DNA from: Octopus sinensis
Lineage: Eukaryota
Direction of reading: 5' to 3'
NCBI RefSeq assembly: GCF_006345805.1
Contig: NC_043002.1
Coordinates: forward strand, 67,518,001 to 67,582,000
Length of the DNA stretch: 64,000 bases
The notes beneath the pieces are model-generated. The model saw only the letters and a program-made list of their open reading frames with translations, was not told where the DNA came from and did not search any database. Positions 1-12,519 of the stretch are shown piece after piece. Position numbers and translations under genes: made by a program. The stretch's first letter is position 1. Every line of letters begins with the position of its first letter.

Positions 1-150
1 TCCCAACTATGTCGTTTTGGATCAGTCCTTACATGGCACTTGGGCAAGTATTTTCTGATATAGCCCCAGGAAAACCAAAGCTTTGTGTGTGTGAATTTGG
101 TAGACAGAAGTGGAATGGGTGTGTGTGTGTGTATAAATGTGTGCATGTGG

Positions 151-183
<33 letters not shown>

Positions 184-376
184 GTTCACATTTACAGAAT
201 GCAAAAGATGAAGACAGGTGAGGGAACAACAAGCAGGGGTATTAGTTTGACATTCAGGAAGAATGGAAAAGTCTTTGACATTTCAAGCCTATGTTCTTCA
301 GCAGAAAGGATTGAGAGGGAAAAAAATGTGTAGGGCTTAACGGTTCAACATGATGAACATATATATATATATATAT

Positions 377-1072
377 TTCTCCCCTCCCCCTCTTCTCCTC
401 ACTACACCACATGACTTTACACATCACATCACATATGATGTGCCATACTAATACACACACCAACTAATACATACTAATACATACTAGTACATACTAATAC
501 TTACACCAACCCTATACATACACACGTCCAGACCCCGCATGCGCACTTATACTCTCTCATACACGCACACACACACCTATACATACCAATACGTACTAAT
601 ACATACTAATACATACACCAACCCCATACATACGCACGTCCAGACCAATCCTACGCACTAATACTCTCTCATACACACACACACACACACACACACACCC
701 TTATACATACTAATACATACACCAACCCTATACATACACACATCCAGACCCCTCCCACGCACTATTAGCTGGTCCCTCAACCCTTTTATCAACCCTATTA
801 TCTCCCCTTATTTCGCTCTCGCGTCTCATGTTTGATCTTTGACCTCTGGCCAAAATCAGATCGCCATGTTGATTCGTTAGCTACTGCACGCATTTTTTTT
901 CTCTCCTTCTTTCTGTGTTTTTCTCTCTCTGTGTATCTTTCTGTTGAAGAGCGTAGGCTCGAAACGTTAAAGACTTGTTTTATTTATATTTCCTGAGCGC
1001 CATACTAATACAATTGTTCGTTTGTTTTCCACCTGCCTTCGTCTTTTGTTTATTTTCATAAAGCTTCCCGTT
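377..1072 (+). mobile_element. Penelope-like non-autonomous fragment with an internal minisatellite and a hammerhead-like motif, inserted in (TA)n
   Basis: Flanked by (TA)n on both sides. Its 3' part (about 925-1070) is similar to copies at about 49990-50130 and 50905-51045. Confidence 0.55.
936..973 (+). ncRNA. Minimal type I hammerhead ribozyme-like motif (A6U variant)
   Basis: Stem I TCTTT/AAAGA; core CTGTTGA-A; stem II GAGC-GTAG-GCTC; GAAA; palindromic stem III AACGTT; GUU triplet. Confidence 0.5.
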
Positions 1073-3431
1073 ATATATATATAAGACCTGGTAAGCCAAG
1101 TGAGATTGTAGCCTTGGCCTATGCTAATGTCACTGTCACATAACCGGCCATTTAAGAGAACCCTTCAACTGTCAGGCAATATGCTGTGCATGAGAAGACC
1201 TGTTGAGTCAAGTAAAATCATTGTCATGGACGATGTCAGCACTGCCTGACTGGCACCCATGCCAGTGACACGTAAAATGCACCATTCAAGTGTAGTTGGT
1301 GCCAGTGCCGCCAGACTGGCTCCCATGCCAGTGGATCATAAAAAGCACCATACAAGCATGGTCAATACCACTGCTGCCGGACAGGCCCCCATGCTGGTGG
1401 CATGTAAAAGGTACCCACTACACTCTTGGAGTGGTTGGCATTAGGAAGGGCATCAAGCTGTAGAAGCCTTGCCAAATCAGATTGGAGCCTGGTGCTTGCC
1501 AGTCCTCAGTCAAACTGTCCAACCCATACCAACATGGAAAGCGGACGTTAAATGATGATGATATGGGTGTGTATGTGTGTGTGCGTGTGCATGCATGGGT
1601 ATGTTTGTGTCTCCTTGTCTTGACATCACATGATAGTTGTAAACAAGTGTCATCATTATACAAGCAGTACTGTTCATTTTTAATTTTCTATGCAAACATG
1701 TTCAGCCAAAAGGAAATAGTAGCTTGTTTGGAATTAGGTGAGGACTAGCAACAAGAAGACCTAGAAAATCTGACTCATGCAAGCACGGAAAAGTAGTCAT
1801 TAAAATGATGTTGATTACCATATCTTACAGCATAATTAGACTCTCTTGTTTTCCATAAAGAATTGTTTCAAAGAAAAACCACCCTGGGTCCTATATGGGA
1901 AGTTGAGCCATGCTTTAATGTATTAAAAACGTTTTTTCCTGAATATGCGCTGTTGAAATTGTGATGCCTCTAAAATACCAAGTTTTATAAAAGACAGTAT
2001 TTTTGATATGACAATGATGGTAACTATAGCATTTGAATGCAAATTTCATTACAAAACAAGCAACTAAGATTTTTTTTTTGCTTATTCATAATGCTCTTTC
2101 CATGTCAGTGTCTATTAATGAAATAAAAAATGCATGAATTTTTCATGAAGTACTTTTAACTGAAACAATTATTTATGTAACTATTTTCTTTCTATATTGA
2201 AAGTATTTTTGTTAGCTTGTCTTTTTTTTAGTATTTTTGCTAACATCAGCAAATATAATGTAATTACGTATATATATATATAGTATGTATTATTTGATAC
2301 TTGTGTTAAGCTTAGTCCCTGCAGTACATGATCAGCAAGTGTGCGAAGTCAACTCAGTGATTTGGGCTGAAAACTCTTCACAACGAATGAAATTCAATAT
2401 CCCCCCAGAGAAAATTTAAACTCTACTAATACTTTGAATCAGGAGACTATCCGAAGTTTCTCCCCAAAATAAAATGAACACAAGAAAAATAACCCAGTTC
2501 CCTCTAATATATGTATATCATCATCATCATCATCATACACCCATACACACACATGTATATTATGTACATTTTGATGGCATAAAAGACTGTTGGACATATT
2601 AGACACACCCTAATTTTTTAACAGTGTTTATTGAGTCAAAAGAACATCAGAGACAAAGTTAGTTCAAGGAAGACTCAACTTCACATCTAGAACCTGAGGT
2701 GATTTTTTTTTTTTTAGATTTTTGGAAAAAAAAGTGTATCTTACACGCCATCAAATATGGCATTAACTACAAAGTGCTTTGCATTATATAAAGGTGAGGT
2801 GGCCTACATGTAGCTAAGAAGAGTCAAGTGTGTAGGCCATCAATACATTACAGTACAAGTAACATAATACAAACTCTACAGCCCTTTACTAAGATGCCTA
2901 ACACCATAACAACAAGTCTAGCTGTGACTCCGTTGAAAGTTAGATAACATGTCAATATGTTGTACATAAAGTGTGTGTGTATCTATGAGTTCATTTCGAG
3001 TGCTGGGCCTCATAGAGGCTAGGTGACTGAGTCCCTTTCAAATGTTGGGCCTCACAGAGGCAAAGTGGCTGAGTTCCTTTCAAATGTTGGGCCTCACATG
3101 GGCAAAGTGGCCGAATTCCTTTAAAGTATTGGGCCTCACAGAGGCAATGACCAAGACCTTTGGCATTATGTCGTGCTTGAGAAGACCCATAAAGCCAAGC
3201 AAAATTGCAGTTGTGTCAGATACCAGTGTCATGCAAATGGCACCCATTACACTCTCAGAGTGGTTGGCACTAGGAAGGGCATCCACCCGTAGAAGACCAT
3301 GCCAAATCAGACTGGAGTCAGGTGCAGCCTTCCAGCATGCCAGCCCAGTCAAACTGTCCAACCCATGCCAGTATGGACAACAGACGTTAAATGATGATGA
3401 CTATATATATATTATATATGTTGTAAGTTAA

Positions 3432-3650
3432 CCCTTTTGTTACTGTATTCTTGTTGAAATACACTGCTTTTGTTTTAAATAATTTTTTAGAAAAATTTAG
3501 TAAAATTACTTTGTCATTATTAAGCTAGTGTTTAGAACATAAATTAACATAAAATATAGATGGAAGGTTTTAGTTTAGATCACTTTAAAACAGGAAGTTT
3601 TTTTTATTATAGGACCAATGATACCATTAAGCAGGTTAGTATCAAAAGGT
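3432..3650 (+). mobile_element. piggyBac-like MITE
   Basis: TTAA flanks; TIR CCCTTTTGTTACT / AGTATCAAAAGGT. Confidence 0.6.
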
Positions 3651-5206
3651 TTAAATTGTGATTTGGACAAGATATTGTGGTGTTGTAGCATGTGATTTTA
3701 ATTGGGAGGTGTAGAAGACCAGGAAACGATTCACTTGTTATTGAGTAATAAGAAATCAATAACAGATAAACTGGCAATTTTTCTATTATTGATGTTTTTT
3801 TTATCATTTTTATAACATTTCTTTTAAGAAAAAAATACTTCATCTGTTTTAATCCCTCCATTTCTCTATCATTATTGATCTCATCTCTTGTATATTTATT
3901 CTTCTAATATAACAACAACAATAATAATAATTCTTTCAACCCCAGTACTCATCTGGTACTTAATTTATCAACCCTGAAAGGATGAAAGGCAAAGTTGACC
4001 TCGGCAGAATTTGAAACCAGAATGTAAAGATGGGCAAAATTCTGCTAAGCATTTTTCCTGACATGCTAACAATTCTGTCAGCTCACCAACTATAATAGTA
4101 ATAATAATCATTTCTACTAAAGGCACAAGACTTGAAATTTTTGGGGAGGGGACTAGTTGATTACATTGACTCCAGTGTGTCACTGGTACTTAATTTAGCA
4201 ACTCCAAAAGGATGAAAGCAAGGTCGACCTCAGCGAAATTTGAGCTTAGAATGTAAAGATGGCCAAATTGTCACTAAGCATTTCACCCAGCAAATATAAT
4301 AATAATAATAATAAAAATAAATTCCATGCCGGTGATGGTGTGTTTATGTCTCTGTAACTTAGTGGTTTGACAAAAACAACCAATATAATAGGTACCAAAC
4401 TAAGCCACCAGGCAGTGGCTCTCATGGCTTCTGATCTCAACTCCTTGGAAGTGTTATCATGTACATTGTTATGTCTTGGTATAAAAAGATGGGCTGCAGC
4501 AAATATTCTGCTCAATAGCACAGATTTGTTTGTCAGTTGTTTGACCTGAGCCAGTTGAGCATGTCCTTTAGTGGCTGATGATATGTGCATCTCTGATTAT
4601 GAGCAGAAGTAGTGGGGGTGCATTATAGCCATGTGTTGAGAGGAATTCTTTGAGGTTTGAATAATTCACTCTGGAAATATGGTGTTTTGTTCAACGTCCT
4701 TAAATAAACCTTATTCAGGGACCTTTTGAATGGGATGGACTACTCAACCTGGCGAAAATTCTAACTGGGACTCACCTGCAAGGTCTTGTGCTATTTATTT
4801 TGACATGAGTTCATCATGTCATGCACATATGGTTGTGATGCATGTGCCTGATGTACCCTTATCAGACAGTCATGATGGGTGTACTGGGCTTTGCATATTT
4901 TACCCCAGTGTCACTTTGATGGCATTCACTGCTCTCTCACTCAATAATAATAATAATGGTTTCAAATTTTGGGTCAATGCCACCATGTTCAGGGGTGAGG
5001 TAAGTCGATTACATCAAACTCTGTGTTCAACAAGTATTTAGTTTATCAATTCCAAAACAGTGGAAGGCAATGTCAGCCTCAATGGAAATAGAACTCAGAA
5101 TGTAGAGATGGATAAAATGCCTTTAAGCATTTACCCGGTGTACTAACGATTCTGCCAGCTTACCATCTTAATAGTAATGATAATAAATATAATGATAACA
5201 ATAATA

Positions 5207-5558
5207 ACAAGAGCACTCAGAGAGCTCAAACATCCCCCAAGGCAACACCAATGTCCTCTCAGTGATTAGCCAGGGATGATTTTTAAAATAAGAATATCTG
5301 AAATAAACTCGACTGCTCTCACAAATGAGAATACTAAAAATGAACCCAACTGCTCTCAAAACTTAAGTAAAAAAAAAACCAGGAAAATAATCCAGAATCC
5401 TTGTTCAGTTCCAGATCGATCCCAAAATCTAATCAGTTTGTGCCAGTCACGAAGAAATTTTCATCCGAATCCATCCAGCAGTTCTTGAGATATATTATCC
5501 ACGGACAAACAAACGTGGCTACAAACAATACTTCTTCCTTGACTAAGGCGGAGGTAAT
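5207..5558 (-). mobile_element. Helentron-associated non-autonomous element (HINE/DINE-1-like)
   Basis: Minus strand starts ATTACCTCCGCC, has a GTTTGTTTGTCC tract, and ends in a decayed GGCGGAGGT-like subterminal repeat plus hairpin GAGCTCTCTGAGTGCTC; T-rich flanks on the minus strand. Confidence 0.65.
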
Positions 5559-5661
5559 AACAACAACGATGATGATGATGATAATAATAATAATATACAG
5601 TAATTATATTGGAAACTTCTAAAAAAATGTATATTCATATTTTTAATATTTTTTTCTTCAG

Positions 5662-5744
5662 TGGCCTTGTCCAGTCTTATGAAGTGAATGCCAGCCAAGG
5701 AAGTGTTCAACTGGTTGATAAGCGTAAATTGGTTTGGAATATAG
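5662..5744 (+). CDS. AP5M1: AP-5 complex subunit mu, internal exon (mu-homology domain), GLVQSYEVNASQGSVQLVDKRKLVWNI-G
   Basis: ttttcttcag acceptor and AG|gtactt donor; 83 nt. Phase joins the 8377 exon to give WNIGQKFP, which matches vertebrate AP5M1 LIWIIGQKFP as recalled. Confidence 0.88.
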
Positions 5745-5945
5745 GTACTTTTAATAAATATATATATTTTTCAGTTTTCTTTCTTTCTTACACACACACA
5801 CATTATCTTTACCATTTTTTTCTTACTATATTTCCTTTTTAATTCTCAACGTATATGCATTTATTTTATTTTTCTACTTCATTCCTCATTTCCTTTTTGT
5901 GTGTATTTCCTTTTCCTATCTTTATTATCATCATCATCATCATCA

Positions 5946-6001
<56 letters not shown>

Positions 6002-8376
6002 GCATCAGCATGTTGGCAGGAACAGTTGAGAAATTGTTTAAATACTTTACAGTCATTAGTTTCAACCCACTAAATTTCTGTATTCAAATCCACCAAATAT
6101 GTTGTTTTTATTTTTTTTTTTTTCATCAGATTGTATAACAAAAAAAATATACTGAAATCAACTTAATTAATAACCACTTGTTTCCTCTCTCCCTGGATTC
6201 TGATTTTATTTTTCACCCGTTAATTAACAATACTTCTTGCCTGTGAAAATTGCCTTGTGCCTAGGTCTAGTCCCCAAAAAAATATCAAATATCATTATTA
6301 TATTTTAACATGTTTTCTTCTCTCTCCAGAAATAACTTCATAGGAGAAAAAAAATCAATAATTAAACAAAACTAGAGTAAAAAAAAAAATCAGTGCTTAA
6401 TGGAAATTGGACAGAATTGGCACAAAATGTATGAATCTCAGTAGCAAAGGTATACAAAGGTGCAAATGTAGCTGTGTGGGTAAGAAGTTTACTTCTCAAC
6501 CATGTGGTCTTGGGTTCAGTCTTGCTGTGCAGTACCTTGGACCGTCTACTTTAGTCTCAAGCTGACCACAAAGCCTTGTAAATGGATTTGGTAGACAGAA
6601 ACCAAAATAAACTTGTCATGTACATATACGTGTGTGTGTTAATCTTAATATCATGTGATAATTGTAAATAAGTGTTTTTTGTCATAGAAGTAGTATCCTT
6701 CATTTTCAGTATTGTGCAAGATGATGTTTAGCCATGGGGAAATATTACATTACTTAGAAACAGGGAAAGGTTGATGACAGGAAAGGCATCTGACTGTAGA
6801 AAATCTATCTCAAATAAACTCCGTCCAACCCATGCAAGATGGAAAAGTGGACATGAAATGACGATGTGTATGTGTGTGTGTCTATATGTGTTTTGTCCCC
6901 TCACACATGCCAGTGATGGTGTGTTTATGTCTCTGTAACTTAGTGGTTTGACAAAAGACACCAATATAATAGGTACCAAACTAAGAAAAAGATAAGCACT
7001 ATGGTCAGTTTGTTCAGTTAAGCCCTTCAAGTCTGTGCCCCAGCATGGGCACAGTCCAGTGATTGAAACAGGTAAAAGATAAAAGGCTAATCACCTAACA
7101 CACACACACACTCTCTTTCCCTCTCTCTCTCTCTCGCTTCCCCTCTCTCTCTCTCTATCTCTCTCTCTCTCTCTCTCTCTCACTCTCTCTCACACACACA
7201 CTCATATTCTAAAAGTAGAGTAGCCAGAATAAGAATGAGGGGAAAAGATCAAAGTTCAGAGATCTATTGCCTCTGCTGACAACTGATGAATTCTCTCCCT
7301 CTCCAAGTGAAGGACTGGTTGTATGGTGCTTGTTAACAAAGTTTGAAGTTGCATGAGAGTTAAAAAAAAAAAACGAGCATTGAATGCGGAGGATGTACAA
7401 AATGTTGGAAAGAAATCTTATATCGACCCTGGTTGAGAACCACTGATCTACAGTTTGTGCTGCTTGGGGCAGTAATTGAGTTTGCCACCCTCACTTGGCC
7501 AGTACTGCCTATACAGGCTTATAGAACAGACCCAAAAGTGCTACCCTTAAAACACCACCTGGGATGGACTTCTCCCATTGCTTACCTTTAGCTACATGAC
7601 TGGCAGTGTTGGTGGAGGCATGTGAAGATGACAGTGGGATTAAAGAAGTGTCAGATGTTCCAACTGGATGGAACCTGCAGGAAAGGTTATGAGAAGTAGT
7701 GGTGGGGTTGATATCAGGATACAGAAACTGATGAAGGACATGACAAAGGTGGTAGGAGGCTCTGCTGGGGAAGGTTCCTTTAACTATTGCAAGTATGGAA
7801 AAATAGATCGAGAATGATAAAGCTGGTATTAGCAGCGGCATATTACTTTGAATAACAATAAATCTAATATTCATTTGGCAAATACAGTGGGCTTCCACAC
7901 AGTTTCCCTGTACCAAATTCACTCAAGGCATTAGTCAACCCAGCTCTTTAGTAGATGCTTACCCAAGGTATTGTACAGTGGGACTGGAGCCAAAACCACA
8001 TGGTTGCAAAGCAGGCTTCTTAACCAAGCAGCCATGTTGAGTAAATAAAATAGTGGAAACAATTTGAAGAACCCTAAAAGGTTTAATTTTAAAAGTCCTC
8101 TTTTTTTTCTATCTTTTGTCCACCTGTATCAGACATGCTGATCCAATTAAACCAACCCCACTAATTGACTAATATTTTATTTATTGATCCAAAAAGGATG
8201 AAATGATGCAAAGCTAATTTTGGTGGTATTTGAACCCAGAACACAAATAATCAGAACTAAATACTGCACAATAGTCCATCTAAGACATTAATGTTTCTAC
8301 GGATCCACTACCTTAAAATACTACATTGTATTAATGTATCTTTATTCTAAATCTTTCTGCTTATTACTTTCAATAG

Positions 8377-8504
8377 GGCAGAAGTTCCCTAGTAAAAACC
8401 TTGAAGTTTTCCTGACGTCAACCTTATTACTCAATAAACAGTTGCCTACAAATCCTGACATGTATGAAGATCCTTTTTGCATTGACCTGAATTCTTACGT
8501 TTTG
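8377..8504 (+). CDS. AP5M1: AP5M1 internal exon, QKFPSKNLEVFLTSTLLLNKQLPTNPDMYEDPFCIDLNSYVL
   Basis: caatag acceptor and TTG|gtgagt donor; 128 nt, open frame. GQKFP...DPFC...Y motif resembles AP5M1 GQKFPKSMEISLSGTV...DPICTGETAY. Confidence 0.9.
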
Positions 8505-8892
8505 GTGAGTCTTTTTATTTATTCATTTTCTTTTACAGAATAAGGTTGTGTTTTTTGTTATTGATTTTCTTTGCATTTTACTGAATATTTAACCATTTTC
8601 TTACCGTATTTAAGTTGAGACCCTAAATTTTGTTTCAATTCATTTTGGAAATAATGACATATTTAGTAAAATAACTTTGTCATTGTTAAGCTTGTGTTTA
8701 GAGCATAGATGAAGATGGGAAATTTTTTTTGAGATTTTAATTTAAAATGGAGCTTGTATCATAGAATCAGGGTTAGCCTATGATGGATTGGTATCAAAAG
8801 AATTAGGGTGTATACTTTTAGAAAAACAGATATTTGAGACCAACAGGATGGGCATTCTAATAAGTAGCAGTCACTAAGGTGGGTGGCTCTTT

Positions 8893-9052
8893 TGGCTGTG
8901 TGGTAAGAAGCTGACTTCCCAACCACATAGTTGCGGGATCAGTCCCACTGTGTGGCACCTTAGGCCAATGTCTCCTACTATAGCCTCATGCCAACCAAGG
9001 CTTGCTTGTGAGTAGATTTGGTAGATGGAAACTGAGAGAAGCGTGTTGTATA

Positions 9053-9108
<56 letters not shown>

Positions 9109-9345
9109 GTTTATGTATGTATTTATTTATTTGTGTATATATGTGCCTCTCCCCCCACCTCCCTGAAATCGCTTGACAACTGATGCTGGTGTGTCTATGT
9201 CCCTGTAACTTAGTGGTTCAGCAAAAGAGACCAATAAAATAAGTACTAGGCTTACAAAGAATAACTCCTGGAGTCGATTTGCTCGACTAAAGGCAGTGCT
9301 CTAGCATGGCCTCAGTCAAATGACTGAAACCAGTACAAGAGTAAA
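8893..9345 (+). mobile_element. SINE family A in an AP5M1 intron
   Basis: Family A head, body and tail. Confidence 0.8.
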
Positions 9346-9919
9346 CACACAGCTATATCATTAATAACATTCTTAATGATTTTCTCTTATCAATATTGGT
9401 TTCAAATTTTGGCACAAGGCCTGCAATTTTTGGCAAAGGCATAAGTCAGTTGCATCAGCCTCAGTGTTCAACTGTTTTTTTTTTTTTATTGACCTCCAAA
9501 GGATGAAAGGCAAAGTCAACTGTGACGGAATTTGAACTCAGAATGTAAAGATGGACGAAATGCCATAAAGCATTTTGCTTGGCGTGCTTGCAATTCTGCC
9601 AGCTTGCCGCCTTATTCTCACATCAATACTGAACCAGGGAAGCTTCAACATTTGTCAAAATGCAATATGAATATGTTCTGAATGGAGCACTCTAACTGTG
9701 TACAACACTTCCAAGTGGGCCACAATAAAAATGTTAAGTAGCCACACCTATGACCCAGGTGGCTACTTAACATGCTGCTCATTTGTGGTTTGATGAGTGT
9801 TTTGAGTTCAACAGGTTTTAAAGGATGGTCACTGGTGTAGTTCTTACAAATATTCAGAAAAATAGGCACTTGAAATCGACAGGAAGGGTGATACATCAGG
9901 AAGTAGTGATAATAATAAT

Positions 9920-10168
9920 AATATGATTTCTGATTTTGGCACAGGGCCAGCAGTTTTTGAGGGGAGGGGAAGTTGATTAAACCGACCCCAGTATGTGACT
10001 GGTATTTATTTGATTGACTCTGAAAGGATGAAAAGTTAAGTCAACCTCAGTGGAATTTGACCTTAGAACTTAGACAGGTGAAATGCTGCTAAGTTTTTTT
10101 GTCCAGTGTGCTAATGGCTCTGCCACCTCAATAATAATATTAATAATAATAATAATAACAACAACAAC

Positions 10169-10203
<35 letters not shown>

Positions 10204-10700
10204 TGATGATCTCAAATTTTGACTCAGGACTAGCAAGTTTTGGGGTGGGAGCAAGTCAATTTTTTCGATTTCAATGCTCGACTGGTACTTATTTTATCAA
10301 CTCCGAAAGGATGAAAGGCAAAGTTGACTATAGCAGAATTTGAACTGAGAACTTAAATGCCACTAAGCATTTTATCCAGCATGTTAACAGTTCTGCCAAC
10401 TCATTGCCTTAAGAAGTAGTAGTGTTAGTAGCAGTAGTAGTAGTGATAATAATAATAATATAATAATAATAATATAATAATAATAATAATAATAATCCTT
10501 TCTTCTAAAGGCACAAGGCCTGAAATTTGTGGGGCAGGAAGAAGTTGATTACATCGACCCAAATGTTTCATTGGTACTTAATTTATTGACCCTGAAAGGA
10601 TGAATGGCAAAGGCAACCTCAGCAGAATTTGAACTCAGAACATAGCAATGGGCAAAATACTGCTAAGCATTTCATCCAGTGTGCTAATAATTCTGCCAAT
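9920..10700 (-). mobile_element. Three head-to-tail SINE family B copies separated by (AAT)n
   Basis: Repeated gaaaggatgaaaggcaaagt...gaatttgaactcagaa cores; more at about 3915-4300, 9390-9615, 25000-25200 and 38700-39060. Confidence 0.8.
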
Positions 10701-10740
10701 AACTAGTTTGTTGCATACAGTGCTCAAGTGCACTACAATC

Positions 10741-11070
10741 ATCATCATCATCCAGTGTTTTAAATTTGGGTTTTGTCCCCATTAACGGGGGTAGCCGGAT
10801 CCACCTCAATGCCATAGCAAGTGAAGTAGGCAGGTGCAGCCCACCCCAACCTTTGGGCTGGCTGGCGCCCATTCTCCCTTGCTATCATGAAGCTTTTTTG
10901 GAGCTGGATTTTCTACAGGGAGCATGCCCTTGATTACCCCCAGCCTCAGTTTCTAGACATGAGTGGTCCTGAGACCAAAGCCTCCACCATGATTTTTAAG
11001 AAATGTGGTGGAAAACTAGCTCAGGAAGGCAGGGATGCTACTCCCTGAGACCCCTTTCAGAGACCCCTAC
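10741..11070 (-). mobile_element. Retroelement 3' fragment (family F), second copy at 30499-30790(+)
   Basis: Two copies in opposite orientation share about 300 bp and a (GAT)n tail. Confidence 0.7.
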
Positions 11071-12422
11071 CTATTGGAAAAAGTACCTACTTCGTTGGAA
11101 AAAGTTAAAAGAAGGGACAGAGAGCAAACATGTAAGTCAAGTAATGAAAGACGGCAACAAAGGCTAGAAGTACATGCACAGGAGAAAAAATAAAACACGA
11201 AATGACACAAAAGTGAACAGAAAAGAACCATAAAGAGGAATGGATATTCAGACACATCAGGAATAGAATTGGTGAATTTCAGGAAATGAGGAATTTTTGG
11301 AGACTACACTGTCCTGACAGCTAACAACTGATGCATGTAATTTATTACATACTTCAACAACTCTGAGCTTGAACAAATATTTCTGAAAGTCGTGGTTCCT
11401 GACACAGATATGGCTGTATGGTTAAGAAGTTTGCTTCTCAGCCACAGGGTCTCAGGTTCAGTCTCACTGCATAGCTCCTTGGGCAAGTGTCTTCTATTAT
11501 TGTCCCAAGCCGATTAAAGCCTTTTGAGTGGATTTGATAGATGGAAACTGAGAGAAACTTTTTGTGTATGTATATATGTGTGTCTGTATGTTTTTATATA
11601 TTTGTGTCTCCTTGTCTTGGCATCATATTGTTGCTATCATGTTAAAGGATCATATGTCCAAGTTTGGCCAAATGCATTCTTTTTTTCAATATTCAATTTT
11701 GTTTGCAATAGCCAGTCCTTTTAGTCAACCTATCATATCTCCAGCTGCTTCAGATGCCAAGATATGAAAATTGTCAAAATGTAGTACAACAGGTTAGCAT
11801 TTTTCAAAAGTGTAGTAAGTCCCACATATGACAGTTTTGCAAAATATTTCTGACTGAAAATTTCGTACATTCATGGAGTTTACAATTTTACACAACCCAC
11901 CAAAGTATTACTGTTAAGCTGAAACTGTTGCTAATGGACAAAGAAATGGAATGGTAAAACTATTTTTTTCATTTTCTGAAAAAGCAATGTTTTGAACTTA
12001 CAACACTTTTGCAAAATGACAACGATATGATAGTTGTAAATGAGTGTCACTGTCACACAAGCAGTACCATTAATTTCCAATATCCTGCAGAAACATGTCT
12101 AACCATGGGGAAATATTATTTTCCTTGGAAAGAGGTGAGGGTTGGTGGCAGGAAGAGCATCTGGCCATAGAAAATCTGCCTCAATAAACTCCACCTGACC
12201 CCTGCAAATATGGAAAAGTGAACATTAAAATGATATCAATGTCCATGGGTGGTCAAGGTATTGAATTCAAGTCACCATCCTTTTATATCTTCACACTGCT
12301 ACTAAGACATTCATCTCATGTTTATCTTTCTCTCCATCCATTCATTTATTCTATTCTATAAATTTATATTTTCACATTTATTTTGCAAAATTAAAGCAAA
12401 TTTCCATTAATCTCTTTGTCAG

Positions 12423-12519
12423 CTCACATTTCGGATTAATGATTTTACACAGTCAGGATGTCATGTGGATTCAAAATCTGTACAAGTGAAAGGAAAATTG
12501 AAATGTAAACTAAATACAG
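12423..12519 (+). CDS. AP5M1: AP5M1 penultimate exon, LTFRINDFTQSGCHVDSKSVQVKGKLKCKLNT
   Basis: ctctttgtcag acceptor and CAG|gtaatt donor; 97 nt, phase 0 to 1. Resembles AP5M1 [22 protein letters not shown]. Confidence 0.9.

Noticed and set aside
198-217. Possible 20-nt microexon (tttacag|AATGCAAAAGATGAAGACAG|gtgagg) of AP5M1
   Set aside because: The peptide NAKDED does not resemble the expected upstream AP5M1 sequence (..HIPFYNR), and the acceptor is weak.
1255-1410. CRISPR-like repeat-spacer pattern (also at 3000-3150 and 40630-40990)
   Set aside because: Eukaryotic context, no cas genes, and the linkers are related to each other. These are modules of a SINE family.
1830-1965. Protein-like stretch LDSLVFHKELFQRKTTLGPIWEVEPCFNVLKTFFPEYALLKL*
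   Set aside because: No compatible splice frame and no recognisable family; cannot be supported without a search.
2325-2420. Frame VHDQQVCEVNSVIWAENSSQRMKFNIPPEKI*, vaguely like the mu-domain FxxPP motif
   Set aside because: Ends in a stop with no donor site; the similarity is too weak.
4570-4620. Other CTGATGA occurrences (about 4574, 7284, 7728, 17532, 19414, 34143)
   Set aside because: No stem II plus GAAA in the right position; not hammerheads.
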